Shown here one piece after another: positions 28,417 to 42,450 of a DNA stretch of 64,000 bases. The notes beneath the pieces were generated by a model. The model had not been told where the DNA came from. It saw only the letters and a program-made list of their open reading frames with translations, and ran no database searches. Each line of letters opens with the position of its first letter. Position 1 is the first letter of the stretch. The DNA is taken from positions 7,998,001 to 8,062,000 of the forward strand of contig NC_087469.1 of NCBI RefSeq assembly GCF_036321535.1, given 5' to 3'. Both the position numbers and the translations under genes were made by a program. This DNA comes from Camelus dromedarius (taxonomy: Eukaryota).

Positions 28417-29430
28417 AAGACCACAATACTCTTATCATACCTAGGAAAATTAATAATAATACCATAATATCATTGAGTATTCAGTCCATGCTCAAATTTC
28501 CCCATTTGTCCTTTAACAAGCTTTTTATTATTGTTTATTACTTTTTTGAATCAAGATCACAACATTTATTCATTGCCCCTGGTTGTTACTGAAGTACTCT
28601 TTAGACTCTACTAAAATGTTCCTACTTTTTTTTTTAATGATGTTAACTTTTTGAAAAGACCTAACCAGTTGTCTTGTAGAATGTCCCATATTCTGAATTT
28701 GTCTGATTGTTTCTTTGTAATGTCATTAACTTTGTTCCTCTATCTTCTGTATTTCCCATATATTGGAAGACTTAAGTCTAAACACTCAGCTACATTCATG
28801 CTGTGTTTAAAGTATTTCTGGCAAGAGCACTTTAAAGAGGAAGCAAGAACGTCACATTACATCACATCAGGAGAGACACAGTGTCCGGCTGTCCTGCTAT
28901 TGGTGATCCTAAGTTTCATCACTTGGCAAGGTGGAGACTAGGAGATCTCTTAGTTGTAATGAAATGCTGTTTCTCTTTGTAATTAGCAAGAAATCCCTTA
29001 GCACTCTGTAGCACCTTGGCAACTTGATGAGTTCAGCATACATTCAAGATTTTAGCCTGAATTGATTATTTCACTGGAGGAGGTGCAGAATGATGATTTT
29101 CTATTTCTGTTTTTCATTCTACGTGTTTTAGCTGATGTTAGTCTGTAAAGAAGAGTTCTCTCTCATCAGTGGGAATGCATTACTGTTCTTCCTGAAGAGG
29201 CAGAAAAAGTGCTTATTTCTTTGCCTTGACCAATGTATTCTCCTCAATGGTGGCAAGTTTTTCTTTCAGTTACTATGGACTCACGGAATTGTTTTCTTTT
29301 TCGATTTTTTTTATAATAAATTACAGTCATTACATACAATATATTTCTGTTTGGTGCTCAAACTCTTCCTCCTTTGGCCAGTGGGAATCTCCTCAAGCTG
29401 CTCCTGTATTCTTTTAACACACCCCATTTA

Positions 29431-29955
29431 TGAATCAGCGTTCTCTAGAGAAATAGAACCAACAGGATATATACAGATATATAAAAAGAGGTTTCTTATG
29501 AGGGATTGGCTCACATGATTATGAAGGCTGAGAAGTCCCATGATCTGCCACTTGCAAACTGAGGGACCCAGGAAACCCATCCAAGCGCAAAGGCCTGAGA
29601 ACCAGGGAAGCCAGCGGTGTGAGTCTCAGCACAAACTCAAAAGCCCATCAACTGGGGTGTGTCCCAGATGGCGTAAGTCCCAGAGTCCAAAGACCCCAGA
29701 ACCAGGAGCTTCACAGNNNNNNNNNNNNNNNNNNNNNNNNNNNNNNNNNNNNNNNNNNNNNNNNNNNNNNNNNNNNNNNNNNNNNNNNNNNNNNNNNNNN
29801 NNNNNNNNNNNNNNNNNNNNNNNNNNNNNNNNNNNNNNNNNNNNNNNNNCACTCCACCAATTAACATGCTAATCTCTCCAGAGACACCCTCACAGACACA
29901 GCCAGAAAAGATGTTTACCAGCTATCCTGTATTCCTTAGCCAGTCAAGTTGACAC
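29431..29955. mobile_element. ERVL LTR (MLT2-like), interrupted by a 134-N gap (29717-29850)
   Basis: gttctctagagaaatagaaccaacagga...gattggctcacatgattatgaaggctgagaagtccca...agccagtcaagttgaca motifs. Confidence 0.75.
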
Positions 29956-30879
29956 TTTCAGTGCTTCCTTGATTTCTGGTACAACTAGATTTCCTAAGCT
30001 CACCTCATTTGCAGTTTGCCCCAGAACTACAGCAGCCGTTTCTCCAAGGTGCTCTGGTCTGTTTTAGTGGAAAATGATATTTACAAACTAGGTTCTGGGG
30101 CTTGGTGTGTTCTTTGCTATTGGATTGTCTTTGCTTGTGACCCTTCCAGTTAACTAAAGGTAGGAAATCTAAGGAAAAAAACTCCTGATTTCAGGTAGAT
30201 ATTTCTAATTCAAAGTTTAAGTTGCAGAACTTTAATATTTTTACTCCTTTTCTCTTACATATGTATGAGTTTGCTTTAACCTACAATACACACAACAGTT
30301 TCTTTTAGTTTATCATTTGTCTTTTGACTTTGCTTATAGTGATTTGATTTTTTGCCCTGCAAAATATTTTTAATTTTATATAGTCAAATTAATCTTTTCA
30401 TGCAATGCTTTTGAATTTTCAGTCATAATTAGAGTTTCACTACTTCCAAGTTATAAATGTAATTCATCTACTTTTTCTTTTAGTACTTGTAAAATCTTTT
30501 CATTTAGACCTCTCATGTATTTGGAGTCCATTCATCTCTCATTTATCTCGGGTGCATTTGGAGTGTATGGTGTGAGGAATGGATCCAATTTTATCTTTTC
30601 CCAAATAGCTATCCAATTGTTTCAGTACTATCTCCTCATTATTCTAGATCTTACATTTCTCATTACTAAATTTCCATTTGCTTTGGGGTCTATTTCTGGA
30701 TTTAGCAGTCAGTTCTATTGGTCTGTCTCTTTTAGCAAGACCACACTGTTTTACTTTAGACATTTATCCTATCAGCTCCCTAAGGGTTCCCACTTATAAA
30801 CATCAGCAGATAACCCAGAATCATAGAACATCTCAGGAGAGTCTCTCATATGAAACATTGAGCCAAAATAAAAACCAGT

Positions 30880-31630
30880 AAACAGCAATGTAGAAAAAAA
30901 AGAGAGTCTTTGCAGGGAGAAAAAAGAAAAATGCAAAGAGATATAAGAAAACTATTGTAACCATAAAACTAGAATAGGATTTTTTTTAAATGACAACATG
31001 GATGGTCAGGGGAAAAAAAAGATTTTTAATTGGAATTTAAAAATATATCAGAAATAAAACAAATCAAAACAAACAAACCATAACTCAGTAGATGGGTTAC
31101 AAGACAAAGAAAGTTGGGAAAGAGGAAAGAAAATTTAGTAGATTAGAGAACCAATCAAGAAGTCTAAGATCCAAACAATAAGAATTTCAGAAAGAGACAG
31201 AATAAGGGAAATCATTAAAGAAATTATTTAGGAAATTTTCTCTGAATTGGAGGAAATGAGCTTGCAGATTGAAAGGGCTCATCTAGTGCCTAGAACAGTG
31301 GTTGAAAACAGACCCACATCCAAGCACTTCATCATGACTTTTTATGACCACAAGGAGAAAGAGAAGATACTTTTAGAGAGAGTGAGGACAACAAAAGAGC
31401 ACACGCAGAAGCTAAAAGATAATATGAACAGCGTTTCCTAAATTCTAAGAGAAAAATTTCAACTTAGAATGCTGTACCATCCAAATTATCAATTAAGCAC
31501 AAGGGTAAAATAAACACATGTTCAGACAAGCAAGATCCCCAAAACGGTACTTCTCATGCTCTTTCTCAGAAAGCTAGTGAAGGATGTGCTCCACCAAAAT
31601 AAGGAAATAAACCAAGAAAGAGGAAGACTG
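30880..31630 (+). mobile_element. HAL1 / old L1 ORF1-like fragment
   Basis: gcagattgaaagggctcat...gacccacatccaagcac motif, similar to the 13.6-14.4 kb copy. Confidence 0.5.
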
Positions 31631-32218
31631 GGACCCAGCGATCCACACAATCTAGCTTAGAAAACCTGACTAGGTCTCCAACCCTTGTAAGCCTTCCCCC
31701 ATTGTTTCTACTAGTCAATATTTATTATGAAGGTAAGCCCCCACCCAGGAAGCTAGCTGGCCTCAGGCTAGTGTGACTGCAGGCCCCATTGAGAAGAAAG
31801 GGACACCTGGAGGCGTTTGTGTTGCAAGGTCCAATGGCCCCTCCTTTTATGGAGAATTTCAGTGCTAGAAAATTAGATTGATTTTACTGAGAAAGGTGGC
31901 ACTTTGTTCAAATGCATCCATGTTCCAGATTCTTAGGGAGGTCGGTTTCACCTTCTAGGGTGGGCTTGATTTCTGCTCCCTGGCTGGCTTCCCTATGTTC
32001 CAGATTTACACGTCTGGGCAAGAACCTGGGGGTAAATTATTGAAACATATAGAAAATCAAGCAAACAACAACAAAAGACAGTTATTAACTGCAAGGAGAA
32101 AAAAAAGAGTCATGCTTCAAAAGGTACCATAGTAAACCACATGTGAATAACGTGTACATAATCACAATAAGTACTGATATCATAGTTTTAATAAGAAATA
32201 TGATATAATAAATTGGAA

Positions 32219-32763
32219 TGTTACCAAAGGCAAAGTTGTGTCGCACAAGGAGGTCAAACAAACCGAAAAGTTGGAGTTTGGGGCAGAGAAAGGTTTATTG
32301 CAGGGCCAAGCAAGGAGAATGGTGCCCAAGAAAACCTGGAAATCCTCGATGGCTTGAGGGGAGAAGTTTTTATAAGCAAAATTGGGGGTGAGGGTTACAG
32401 GGTGTGTGACTCTTTACTGATTGATTGGTGGTGAAGTAACAGGGCTGTGTTCCAGGAACGGGGGCTCAGCCTGAAGTTACCATCCCCCACCTGGGTGGGG
32501 GCCTGAGTTCCTGCAGAAGAACTTACAGATATGTTAGGCATCTCCCTCAAGGAGAAGCCACGACCCCGCTTTATCACTGCGCTATTGTTTCTTGTCTGCT
32601 CCTCCTTTGTTTCTGCAATACCTCCCCTCCCTAATTAGTAACTGTTTGAATCTGCTCTTTGGAACTCACACTAGGTCTAGGAGGTTGAAAAAGTTTTTTC
32701 CTGCAAAAGGGAAACAGGAGACTCAGAAAGGATTTGTAACTCACAGGGCCTCACCTGGTTTCA
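32219..32763. mobile_element. ERV1-class solo LTR (545 bp)
   Basis: TG...CA termini (tgttacc...ggtttca) with 4-bp TSD GGAA at 32215-32218 and 32764-32767. Confidence 0.75.
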
Positions 32764-35349
32764 GGAAAGCAGGAGATAAAGTCGTGTGTGTGGGTGTGTG
32801 GGTGTGTGGGTGTGTGTGTTGCGTACAAGGTGTGTATGTATATGTGAAAGAGAACCCAATTTTCATCCACCGTAGTTGGCAATCATAAGCCTAAAGATAA
32901 ATAAGCCTAAAGCTGAAAAATCAGAGTAATAACGCAAGACTTTTAAGAGCCAGAAGCTGTTGTTTTTGCAGAATGGAAAATGGGGATGAAGTTGAGGGAC
33001 TTCTGTTTTTTTTCTGTACTAACTTGTAGATTTGTTGGACTTTTAAAACTGTGTAGTGTGATAAAAGCAAAAGTTAATAAAACTGTTTTTTAAAGTAACA
33101 TAATAAAATCAATAGAAGTGCAAGCAGGAAGATAAAAGAAGCAAAGAAATGCCATGGTAAATAGAATATATAAGATGGTATGATAGAAATAAATCAATAA
33201 TAACAATGAAAGGAAACAGATTAAACCAGCCCCTAGAGCAGTGAGTCTGGAACTAGACTGCCTGCTGAAATGGATTAGCGCTGTGACCTTGGGCAAGTTC
33301 TCTGTGCATCGGTTTCCTTATTAGGAAAATAAGGACAATTATAGTATGCACATCATAGGTTCTGTGGGAAATAAATGTTTTCATACACGAAAAATAAAAT
33401 AAAAGCTCTCAGAGCAGTGCTCTGCACATAGTAAGTGCTTTGTAAGAGTTTACTATTGTTACTATTGTTTTCACGTTGGATTTTATTCAAATTCCAGTCA
33501 TTTGCTATTTAAAGAGACATACCTATAATATAATACCAGAGAAGAAAAAGATAAGGGCAGGTGGTTAAGAAAACATACCAGACAAAAATTGATCAAGAGA
33601 AAGCAAGTATAACAATATAATATATAAACACATAAGCTTTGGGGCAAAAAGGATTAGTGAAAAGACAAAAATTCACCAGGAAAATAAAACCTAACAGCTT
33701 AGCCTCAAAAAATATAAACCAAAAAGCTGCTGAGTTTCAAAGAGAACATGACAAATTTGATAGGAGATTTTAGTGCTATTTTCTAAAAAATTACAGTATC
33801 ACAGAAGAATAAAACAGTCAACAAAACTGATATATAAGGAACACTGCACACCCTGGGAAACAGAATTTTTACCATCAGTGAGTACATTCTAGGTCTCAAG
33901 GGAAATCCAAGCATTGTTCATAACAGCAAAAAAATATATATATATATAAAAGAAAGAAAGGAAGGGAGGAAGAAATGAAGGAAAGGAAATGGAAGGGAAA
34001 CAACCTAAATGTCCATCAATGGATAGACAAATAAATGATGGTGAATTCACAGAATGGAGTCTTACATTAGCTGGTAAAAATAAACATGTTCAATTTGTTG
34101 CCGAAAGATCCGCCCCCGGGCCCTGATGAGCCAAATAACTCAGAAACCAGGTCTTGGAGCTTTAAAGAAAAGAGGCAGCTTACTACTTTGCCAGGAAAAC
34201 GGGACTTCCAGGAGGCTAATGCCTTCAAAACTGTGAACCCACCTTGGGGATGGGGTAGGGTGGTTATAGAGCCATAGTTCAAACAATAAAGCATTGGTAA
34301 CAATCAACAGAATCATTTTGTCTCATAAGATTCCAGGTGACCAATTCTGTCAAGGCTAGAGGTTGTCACTTTTTTTTGAGCATCTCCTAGTGCCCGGTGT
34401 TTACCTTCATTATCTATAATGTAATGCTCAAGGCACTGCTCTAGGGTGGGTATTGTTATCCTCACTTTCCTTACAGAGAAACTGAGATGCACAGAGATTT
34501 GGGAACTTGCTCAGGGTCTTGCCCTGGGCCAGTTCCTGGACTGTCTGACTCTGAAGTCCACGCTCAACACACTAGCTCGTGCTCAGGATAAGAGAGAGCC
34601 CCACTCATGGGACCCGAACCACACAGAGCCTCTACACGCCTTACTGGGGGAAGCCAGGGACCCACTGTGCTCAGCAGAAAGCCAGGTCCCAGGGATTTAT
34701 GATTTGGGAGAAAGAGGGCTATTGAAATGTAGGAGGGCCAGGGTCCATGTGTAAGCTGATCTGGGCACAGGAACAGTACCTCAGGGCCAGCCAGGGAAAG
34801 GACAGCCAAGCTCGGGGACAGCTGCCAAGCCATCCCAGGGAGCAGAGTCCACCCCTCCCTCCTTGTCCCATCCCACACTTAAAGATGCCCCCTTCAGTTC
34901 CTCTCCTCTCCTGTCCCCTACAGAGGTAGAAGCAGCTTGAGTTAGGGCCAGAACAGCGGGGCCTTATATCTTTAGCCTTGTCTCTCTGGCCTCCGTGGGC
35001 CATGATCCATCGTGTCTGAGAAATGGCCCACAGCTAGATGTTTGTGCCAGAAACACCTGTGTGCAATAGCTGGGTGGGACCAGTGACGTGGATTCTGATA
35101 CTACAACATGTACTGAGCACATTGAGTCAACACAGTGATGGGGGCCAAGAAAGATAAGGATTTTAGTTGTTTGGAATTTGTTTACGTAAACTCTCCTTCA
35201 CCACCAAAGATGATTTGAGGCTACTGGCACTGAAAATTGAAATGATGATGATGAGGATGGTGATGATGGGGGGAGGGGGCTGAGAAGGGAAGAGAGAGAG
35301 GGAGAGAGAAGATCCTCAGACCAATGAAAATAAAAATTGTACAAGAGCA

Positions 35350-35475
35350 GGGAAGGGTACAGCTCAGTGGTAGAGCACGAGCTTAGCATGCACAAGGTCC
35401 TGGGTTCCATCCCCAGTACCTCCATTAAAAGATAAACCTAATAACCTCCCCCCTGAAAATAATTTTAGAATCAAT
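35350..35475 (+). mobile_element. tRNA-derived SINE (camelid type)
   Basis: gggaagggtacagctcagtggtagagcacgagcttagcatgcacaaggtcctgggttccatcccc head with A and B boxes, then taaacctaataacctcccc and an (AAT)n tail. Confidence 0.8.
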
Positions 35476-36130
35476 AATAATAATAATAATAATTGTAGAT
35501 GGAAAGCACCACCTGATAAAGCACGAGACACAAGCACAGGCAATAAGGGCTGACAAAGTTGCAATAGTTGACTTACACATTGGCTTTGGGTTTCCTGGAA
35601 GCCCGCGAAGAGGGAAATTCAGTCAGTTACATAATTGTAATCCAAAGAGGAAAACAGACCAGACTCCCAGGGAAAATAAAGCTTTTCCAAACACTGAATT
35701 GCAAAATAAACGTCCCTGTGGAACTTTATATACAGGGACTTCTGAATCGTATTAAAAGGCCACTGAGGAATGGCAATTTTTCGTAAGATCAAGGTGAGGT
35801 AGCCCAAATATCTAAGCTTCTGGTGACAAGATCTGTGGCTAGAATTAAGAGTGCCTGACATTTCTGAGTAGGAAATCCTGCCCACTAAAACATTAACTAA
35901 TATTAATAAATTGTTTTTTATTTTGTTAGTATTTGAAAGAGCACAATATAGAAAAAGCATAAATTACTGATAAGCAAAAAATATATCTAATCACCATAAT
36001 TCTACCATCAACACTTGTATATATATTCTCCAACTTTTTTATCTAGGCATATATTTAGATATTTTTACAAATTTATTTTTGTGCAGATTGTTTAATAACT
36101 TGATTTATTGTTTAAAGGGTATACCATTCT

Positions 36131-36273
36131 TTTTTGGGAGGGGAGGTAATTAGGTTTACTTATTTGGTTTTTCTTTCTTTTTTTTTTTTTTAGCGAAGGT
36201 GCTGAGGACTGAACCCAGGACCTTGTGTATGCCAAGCATGCACTCTACCACTTGAGTTATATCATCACTCCCT
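36131..36273 (-). mobile_element. tRNA-derived SINE (camelid type), second copy in opposite orientation
   Basis: Reverse complement of the same head and tail; TSD gtataccattct (36119-36130) and gtatatcattct (36278-36289). Confidence 0.8.
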
Positions 36274-38561
36274 AAGAGTATATCATTCTTACACACTCAT
36301 GTCAATTGATGCTCATTCACAATCTGATTTTTGATGGAGATTAATGTGGACATATCATAATTTAACAATCTTCTCTTATACATTGTGAGTTTTTTTTTTA
36401 ATTTTTAAAATTATAAACAGCACTGCAATGAACAACTTTATAACTAAATGCATACATTCTGTAGTTATTCCGTTAACATAAATCTGTCAACGGAAGGACA
36501 TCTTGACAAGCACATCCCTATTCACACATCCTCTGCAGTAACAGAGACCTCTCAGCATTGGAAACATTTAACCTCCCAGGATAGATCCAGTGACTTAGAC
36601 TCTAACAGAAAGATGCACCACAAAGCCTTCAGCCATTTTCTGTCTGTACTTTCACAGACTTCCCAACAAGCATGGCAGACTGGGTGTGTGTCTCTAATTT
36701 CTCCTTTCCCTGAAACCCCTATCAAACTATAGTGATAAGCTTTTCTAAAGAGAAGAAGTAGAGCCGCAGGGACAAAAAGAATAGGAGAAAAGACCACAGC
36801 AAAATTTTGAAAGTGAGAAAGCAGACAGACCAGTTGCAGCTCATTTAGCAGAACTGAGTAAGCTGATCTGAAGCTGGGAGGGGGGAAAGATGAGCTCCAC
36901 CTGACTTATTACCCTGTGTTTTCAAAAGGTTAAGGAATGGTAGTAAATCTGCTGCTAGCCACTGTTACACCTGTGTGCAAATTAAAAACTAACCTCTCCT
37001 TTCTGAAGTCATGTTACTGCCATCTACCAGAAGTCTGTCAGAATAAATGTACAATTCTGTGAGGTTTACAGCGTGGGAAAGGTGCCCTTGGAATTGTGCA
37101 GTGCACGTCTTGCACAGCCGTACATACCAGCCCTGACCTGGAGGCACCAGGTACCACTGAAAATAGAAGTGAGAGAGGAGGCTGTTGTAAAATAAGAAAG
37201 ATTGGCTGAAACTATTTAAAAAGCAAGAAAAGCTTTAGCTTTTCTCTCTCACCTTGGCTGAAGACTGGAAGTATATTCTCTGAAGAGGGAGAGACACAGA
37301 AGGAGAATGCCAGGCAGAGCTGAGGACAGGGGTACTGTCCTAGAAATAGAGAGGTCCAATCGAAGTATGCCCTCTGAATGCTGAGTCCCATCCTGCTCTT
37401 CCACTTGGCCCCAGGAGCACTGCTATCCAGGCCTTTACCCTCCAGGCAGGAGAGCAGGAGAAACTTCTAGGGAAACACGACCAGTTCAAAGGAAAAGACC
37501 TAAATATTTTTACACTGTGGGTCCCCCAACCAAACATTGCAGTGGATCACCCAACAGTGTAGCTCATAGTCAACAATTACTCTGTAGTCATGTGCTTGGA
37601 GTTTCAAATCAGCTTTCAGATCCCCACTCTGAAATTTAAGCAGACAAGGAAAGTTTACCAGTCATTTGAGGAAAGATTCTAAAATGAAAGACAGAGACCA
37701 AAACAAGCAGACATTTAAAAAGGAACTTGAAGAAAACAGAGACTATACAGACAGAAGGACCCTTAAAAATACCATTAATATCATCAGAGAGCTAAAAGAA
37801 TATATTATACTGATGAAAAAAGAACAGGATACTATAAAAGAACATCCACAGAATTTTTTTTTTGAGAAAATCTCTTGCAAATTAAAAGCATGATTGCAGA
37901 AACAGAAAACTGAATAAAGGGTGAGGAAATCTCCCAGGAAGGAGAACATGCAGAGATGGAAGAAATGAGAGAAATGAAAAACAGGAAGGTCCAATTATTG
38001 GAAGAGCTAGTGCTGCAGTCACCTTAGAAAATAATTCAGCCTCACCTGGTAAAGATGAACGTATATATATTGTATAACTGAACAAGAAAAAAAGATTTGT
38101 TAAATCCATTTATTTATTTAATAAATATTTATTGAGAACCTGCCAAGTTCTAGCCCTTGTGCTGGGCGCTGACTATACAAGAATAATAAACAAGACAGAC
38201 AAGACCTTTGCCCTCTCAGAAATCAACCCAAGATTCTTCATCCCAAGGCACCTGTGCCTTTTTGTCCACAAGGTTTGAGGCTTTATGCAAAGAGTCTCTG
38301 GACAGATTTCCTGTGAGCAGAATATGTGCATAAAGGAATTATAATTATTCTGTGGCTCAAAAGAGGAGTAAAAATTAAAACAAGGCTGTATTGAGAAAGA
38401 ACCAGTTTAATTTTAATAAACTTGGACAGAGTTGTTCAAAGATAGACTCAATCGTTTGGGGAGGTGGTCAGTTGGCTATCAGTGGAGGTGTTCACTATTC
38501 AGCAGGATTCATTCACGCAACACCTGAGTGATGGCCACGTGCCAAGCACTGGGCTAGGCAC

Positions 38562-39054
38562 TGTGTATTAGCCAACTATTGCTGCATAGCAAATCACCCT
38601 CAAACTTAGTGTCTTATGATCTCTCACAATTTCTGTCGGTCCATGGCTTGACTGTGTGGTTCTGGTTCAGGATCTGTCATGAGGTTGCAGGCAGGACATT
38701 GCCTGGGTCTACCATCATCTGAAGCCTTGACCAAGGCTGGAGGATCTGTTTCCAAGGTGGCTCACTCATGGCTGGCAAGTTGGTGCTGGTTGTTGAGCTC
38801 CTTCCTATGTGGACCCCTTCACAGGGTTGCCTGAGTGTCATCCAACATGATGGCCGACTTTCCTCAGAGTCAGTGAGCCAAGGGAAAGCAGCATGGAAGC
38901 CAAAATGCCCTTTATGACCAGCTTTGGGAGCCATATCCCATGACTTCCACAACAGCCTAGTGCTCCCATACATCAGCCCTCTTCAACGTGAGCGGGACCA
39001 CACAAGGCTGTGAATACTGGAGATGAAGACGGATCTCAGAGGCTGGCTACCACA
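38562..39054. mobile_element. ERVL-MaLR LTR (MLT1-like)
   Basis: tgtgtattag...tattgctgcatagcaaatcaccc...ggaggatctgtttccaaggtggctcactcatggctggcaagttggtgctgg...gaggctggctaccaca. Confidence 0.75.
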
Positions 39055-40019
39055 CTGTAGACACAATGACGAACAAACAAATGGGGCACCTGATCACAAG
39101 AGGCTGTTGGTGTAGAGTTATGATGATTTGTTAGAGATGATGTCAAAGGAACTGGACTGAGAGACAAGGTGGTTCCCTCCAATCCTAGTGTCCTATGATT
39201 GTGTTCTTCTAGGTCCTACTTCTTTAGTTACCATATCACTAATCCACCATCCCAGAGCCAGCAGCTCACATCCTCACCCCTCTGACATGGGCAATTCTGG
39301 AGTCCCCATTGTGAGCTGCTGGTCATCACCCAGTGAGATAACTGCAATGCCACCCTTGGTGCTCTCAGACACAGAAGTCCCCAGATAACCCCACACTTGC
39401 TGTTTCTCTCCCCAGAGCATGGCACTGCCTTGTGCTCCTCCTCCTGGGAGCACAGAGTGTCCTATGGCAACACCAGGAGAACACAGTGTCCCCATCCAAG
39501 AGTTCTTTTGACCCAGCTGGGGCAATCCCTCAACAGCAGCAAGGCCCTGTGGGTACAAGAGTAGAGCAGACCCATGCATTGCCTCGCCCAAATCTGAGCC
39601 ATGCCACCCGCCAGAGACTTCAGGGGCAGTGACCCTTCTGCCGTCGTTCTCAGATGTCTTCTGACCTTTGAGTTTGGGGGATAGGCACGGGGTGTGGCTA
39701 ATGTCTCAGCCTGGCCCACACTGGTGCTGGCCAACACTCCTCCTGGGGCACCAACCCATGTGCACTGAGGAGTCTGTTATCTCCAAGTCCCCCAAGAAGC
39801 CAGAGGTACCAGGCGAGCTTCAAGTCTGGGCTGGGCTCCAGGATTCTCCTAGGAGATACGATGTGGGCTGCACCGGAGTCCAGAAAACACCCTTCTCTGG
39901 CACTCGCAAGGGACCCTAAGTACACAGTTCTCCTGCATGTAAGTGCCTCAGTCTTGCCAGGTGGTAAAAACTGGATCTTGGAGAAGCTCTGGTGAATATG
40001 TATTTCTTTGCTCATTTAT

Positions 40020-40790
40020 AGTCTTTAAAGTAATACTATTAGGATGGCTATTTTTAACAACAACAACAGAAAATAACAAATGTTGGAGAAGGTGAGGAAA
40101 AACAAACCTTTGTGCACTGTTGGTGGGGATGTGAAATGGTGCACCTGCTGTGAAAAACAATATGTCGATTCCTCCAAAAATTAAACAGAATTTCCATGCA
40201 ACCCAGCAATTCCACTCCTGGGTAAATACACAGAAAAATGGAAAGTAGGGACTTGAAAAGGTATTTCTATCCCCATATGCACAGCCGCATTCTTCACAAT
40301 AGCCAAAAGATGGACGCAACCCCAGTGTGCCTGGACAGATAGATGAATGAACAGAATGTGGTACATACGTACCGTGGAATATTATTCAGCCATACACACA
40401 AAAAAGAAATTCTGATAAGTGCTACCACCTGGATGAAACTTGAAGACATCGTGCGAAGTGAAACAAGCCAGTCACAAAAGGACAACTATTGTATGATTCC
40501 ACTTACATGAACTGTCTAGAAAAGGCAAAGAGAGAGAAAGTAGATAAGCTATTACCAGGAGCTGGAGTGGGGGAATGGGAATGGAGAATCACTTAATGGA
40601 TACAGAGTTTCTGTTTGGGTGATGAAGAAATTTTGGAGACAGTGGTGACGGTCGTACCACATTGTGAATATAATTAATGCCACAGAACTGTACACTTAAA
40701 ATGGTTAAAATGGCAGATTTTTTTATTATATATATTTTACCACAATAAAAAAGTAATACTAAAACATTATCTTAAAATCCCAACATACAT
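40020..40790 (+). mobile_element. LINE-1 3' fragment (L1M-like ORF2 end and 3' UTR)
   Basis: gcactgttggtgggg...cccagcaattccactcctggg...ctggatgaaacttgaagacat...tgtatgattccacttacatga motifs. Confidence 0.85.
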
Positions 40791-42450
40791 AAATCTATAA
40801 AGTAGAAAGCAAAATCTCATTCTCCTGAGAGGACATCTGGTGCGTTTATCACCTAAGCTTAGAGGTTTTTTTTCTTCTGTGTAAGCCCCTCGTGTGGGGG
40901 ACGTCCCCCATTCTCTAGGGCATTCTTGGCGGGGCTGACACATCTCATTATGCTGGACTCACCCTGGTGGCACCACAGCCTGATAGTTCAAAGTAAAGTT
41001 CTCTAACTGGATGGCCCGGTTTCCAATCTCAATTCCACCACTTGCTAGATAACGTACCTCATCATTCTGTATAGCCTTTTCCTCACCTACTGCATCTTTG
41101 ATGTCACGTCTGTTGTGAAAATTATGTGCATCAATGCAGTACATAGACCATGGTTTTTAAAGCCCCTAGCACTCCTGAGTAGAGTGTCACCTTTAGTGCC
41201 AGCTCTGTATTTAAAAGTTTTAGAAACTTCTGCCACTGGCTTTCTTGTTGCTATAATTTTGGGGAGTGGGGCGGGGGTAGCCTCCTATTTTATTCCCTCT
41301 TGTCCCTTGGTGTCTTTCCCTTGAAAGGCCTGTATCCCATTCTGGGAAGGAAAGGGGTGCCCGGGCTAGAACTGCAGACCTGAGGTCAGAACTAACAGCC
41401 AGGATGTCAAGTCATTTGGGGCAAAGGCTTGAGGTGGCTCTTCTCTGGGGCTCCCTCCTGGGGAGGGTCTGTGAGTCTCTGAGGGTCAGGGGAGAGCCCA
41501 CCCCAGAGGCTGCAGCAGCTGTCCACAGCTGGCTGTGCTGATGACTCTGCTCGGGTCCCAACTTCTCTCTTCCCCTGCCCGCTGCCCCAGTGTCTGGCAA
41601 CCCCAGCCCCAGACAGACAGGCAGGCAACCCCTCTGCAGAAGAGTCCTGGGCAAAGCCCACTCGGGCCCCACAGGGACCCGCTCCACCCCACCTCCCAGG
41701 CCTCTGCCACGCCTCTACGCCACATTCCTCAACTCTGGAGGCCACGGGTTTAGCAGTCAAGAAATTTCTGAAACAAGCATGAATCAATTTTATAATACAA
41801 GTGGGGTGGGGTGGAATAAACCAAAATTCACACAAATAAGTCAGGTTAAAGGGACAGAAGAGCTTATGCGAGGAGGGACAGGCTCCCCCGCTGTGCCCTG
41901 AGCTCTCCAAAGCCAGGGACCCTGTCCTGCTTACCCCAGGGCGAAGCACAGTGTCAGACCCCCGCTGCACAAAAGTTGTTTTGCTCATTGTCCGGTGCCT
42001 AACACAGTGACTGGCACATTGAAGACGTGTGATAACTATTTGTGAGCTAAGTGAATATAAGCGGGTTGCATATTTTGTCTTTGGATAACGCTGACATCTT
42101 TCTCCACCTCCTCCTTAGAGCTCTCCACGCACCTCTCAACACCCTGCCCTCACCCCTCCTGCCTCCCATCTCCCAGCCCGCGGTGTCCCTCCAGGCACCC
42201 CCCACCTGCCCCTGCTAAGTTTTGCCAGGCAGTGTTCTCGCCCCCACCTCCGGCCCCGCAGCACAGAGAAGTCACATTATAACCAGACGGGGCTAGTTTC
42301 TCAGTAGATTTATTGAGTAATGGGAAGTAGTGTCACTTTCCACGGGACACATACCCAAGTGTTCGTACAAGAACTGCTTTGGGACAGACAGACAGACAGG
42401 GGGCGGGGCTGGGCAGGTGTCTGCGGTGGGGTAGGCGCACCAGGGGCAGC

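Noticed and set aside
35350-36273. Two tRNA-like sequences
   Set aside because: They have SINE tails, A-rich ends and (for one) a TSD, with degenerate stems; SINEs, not tRNA genes.
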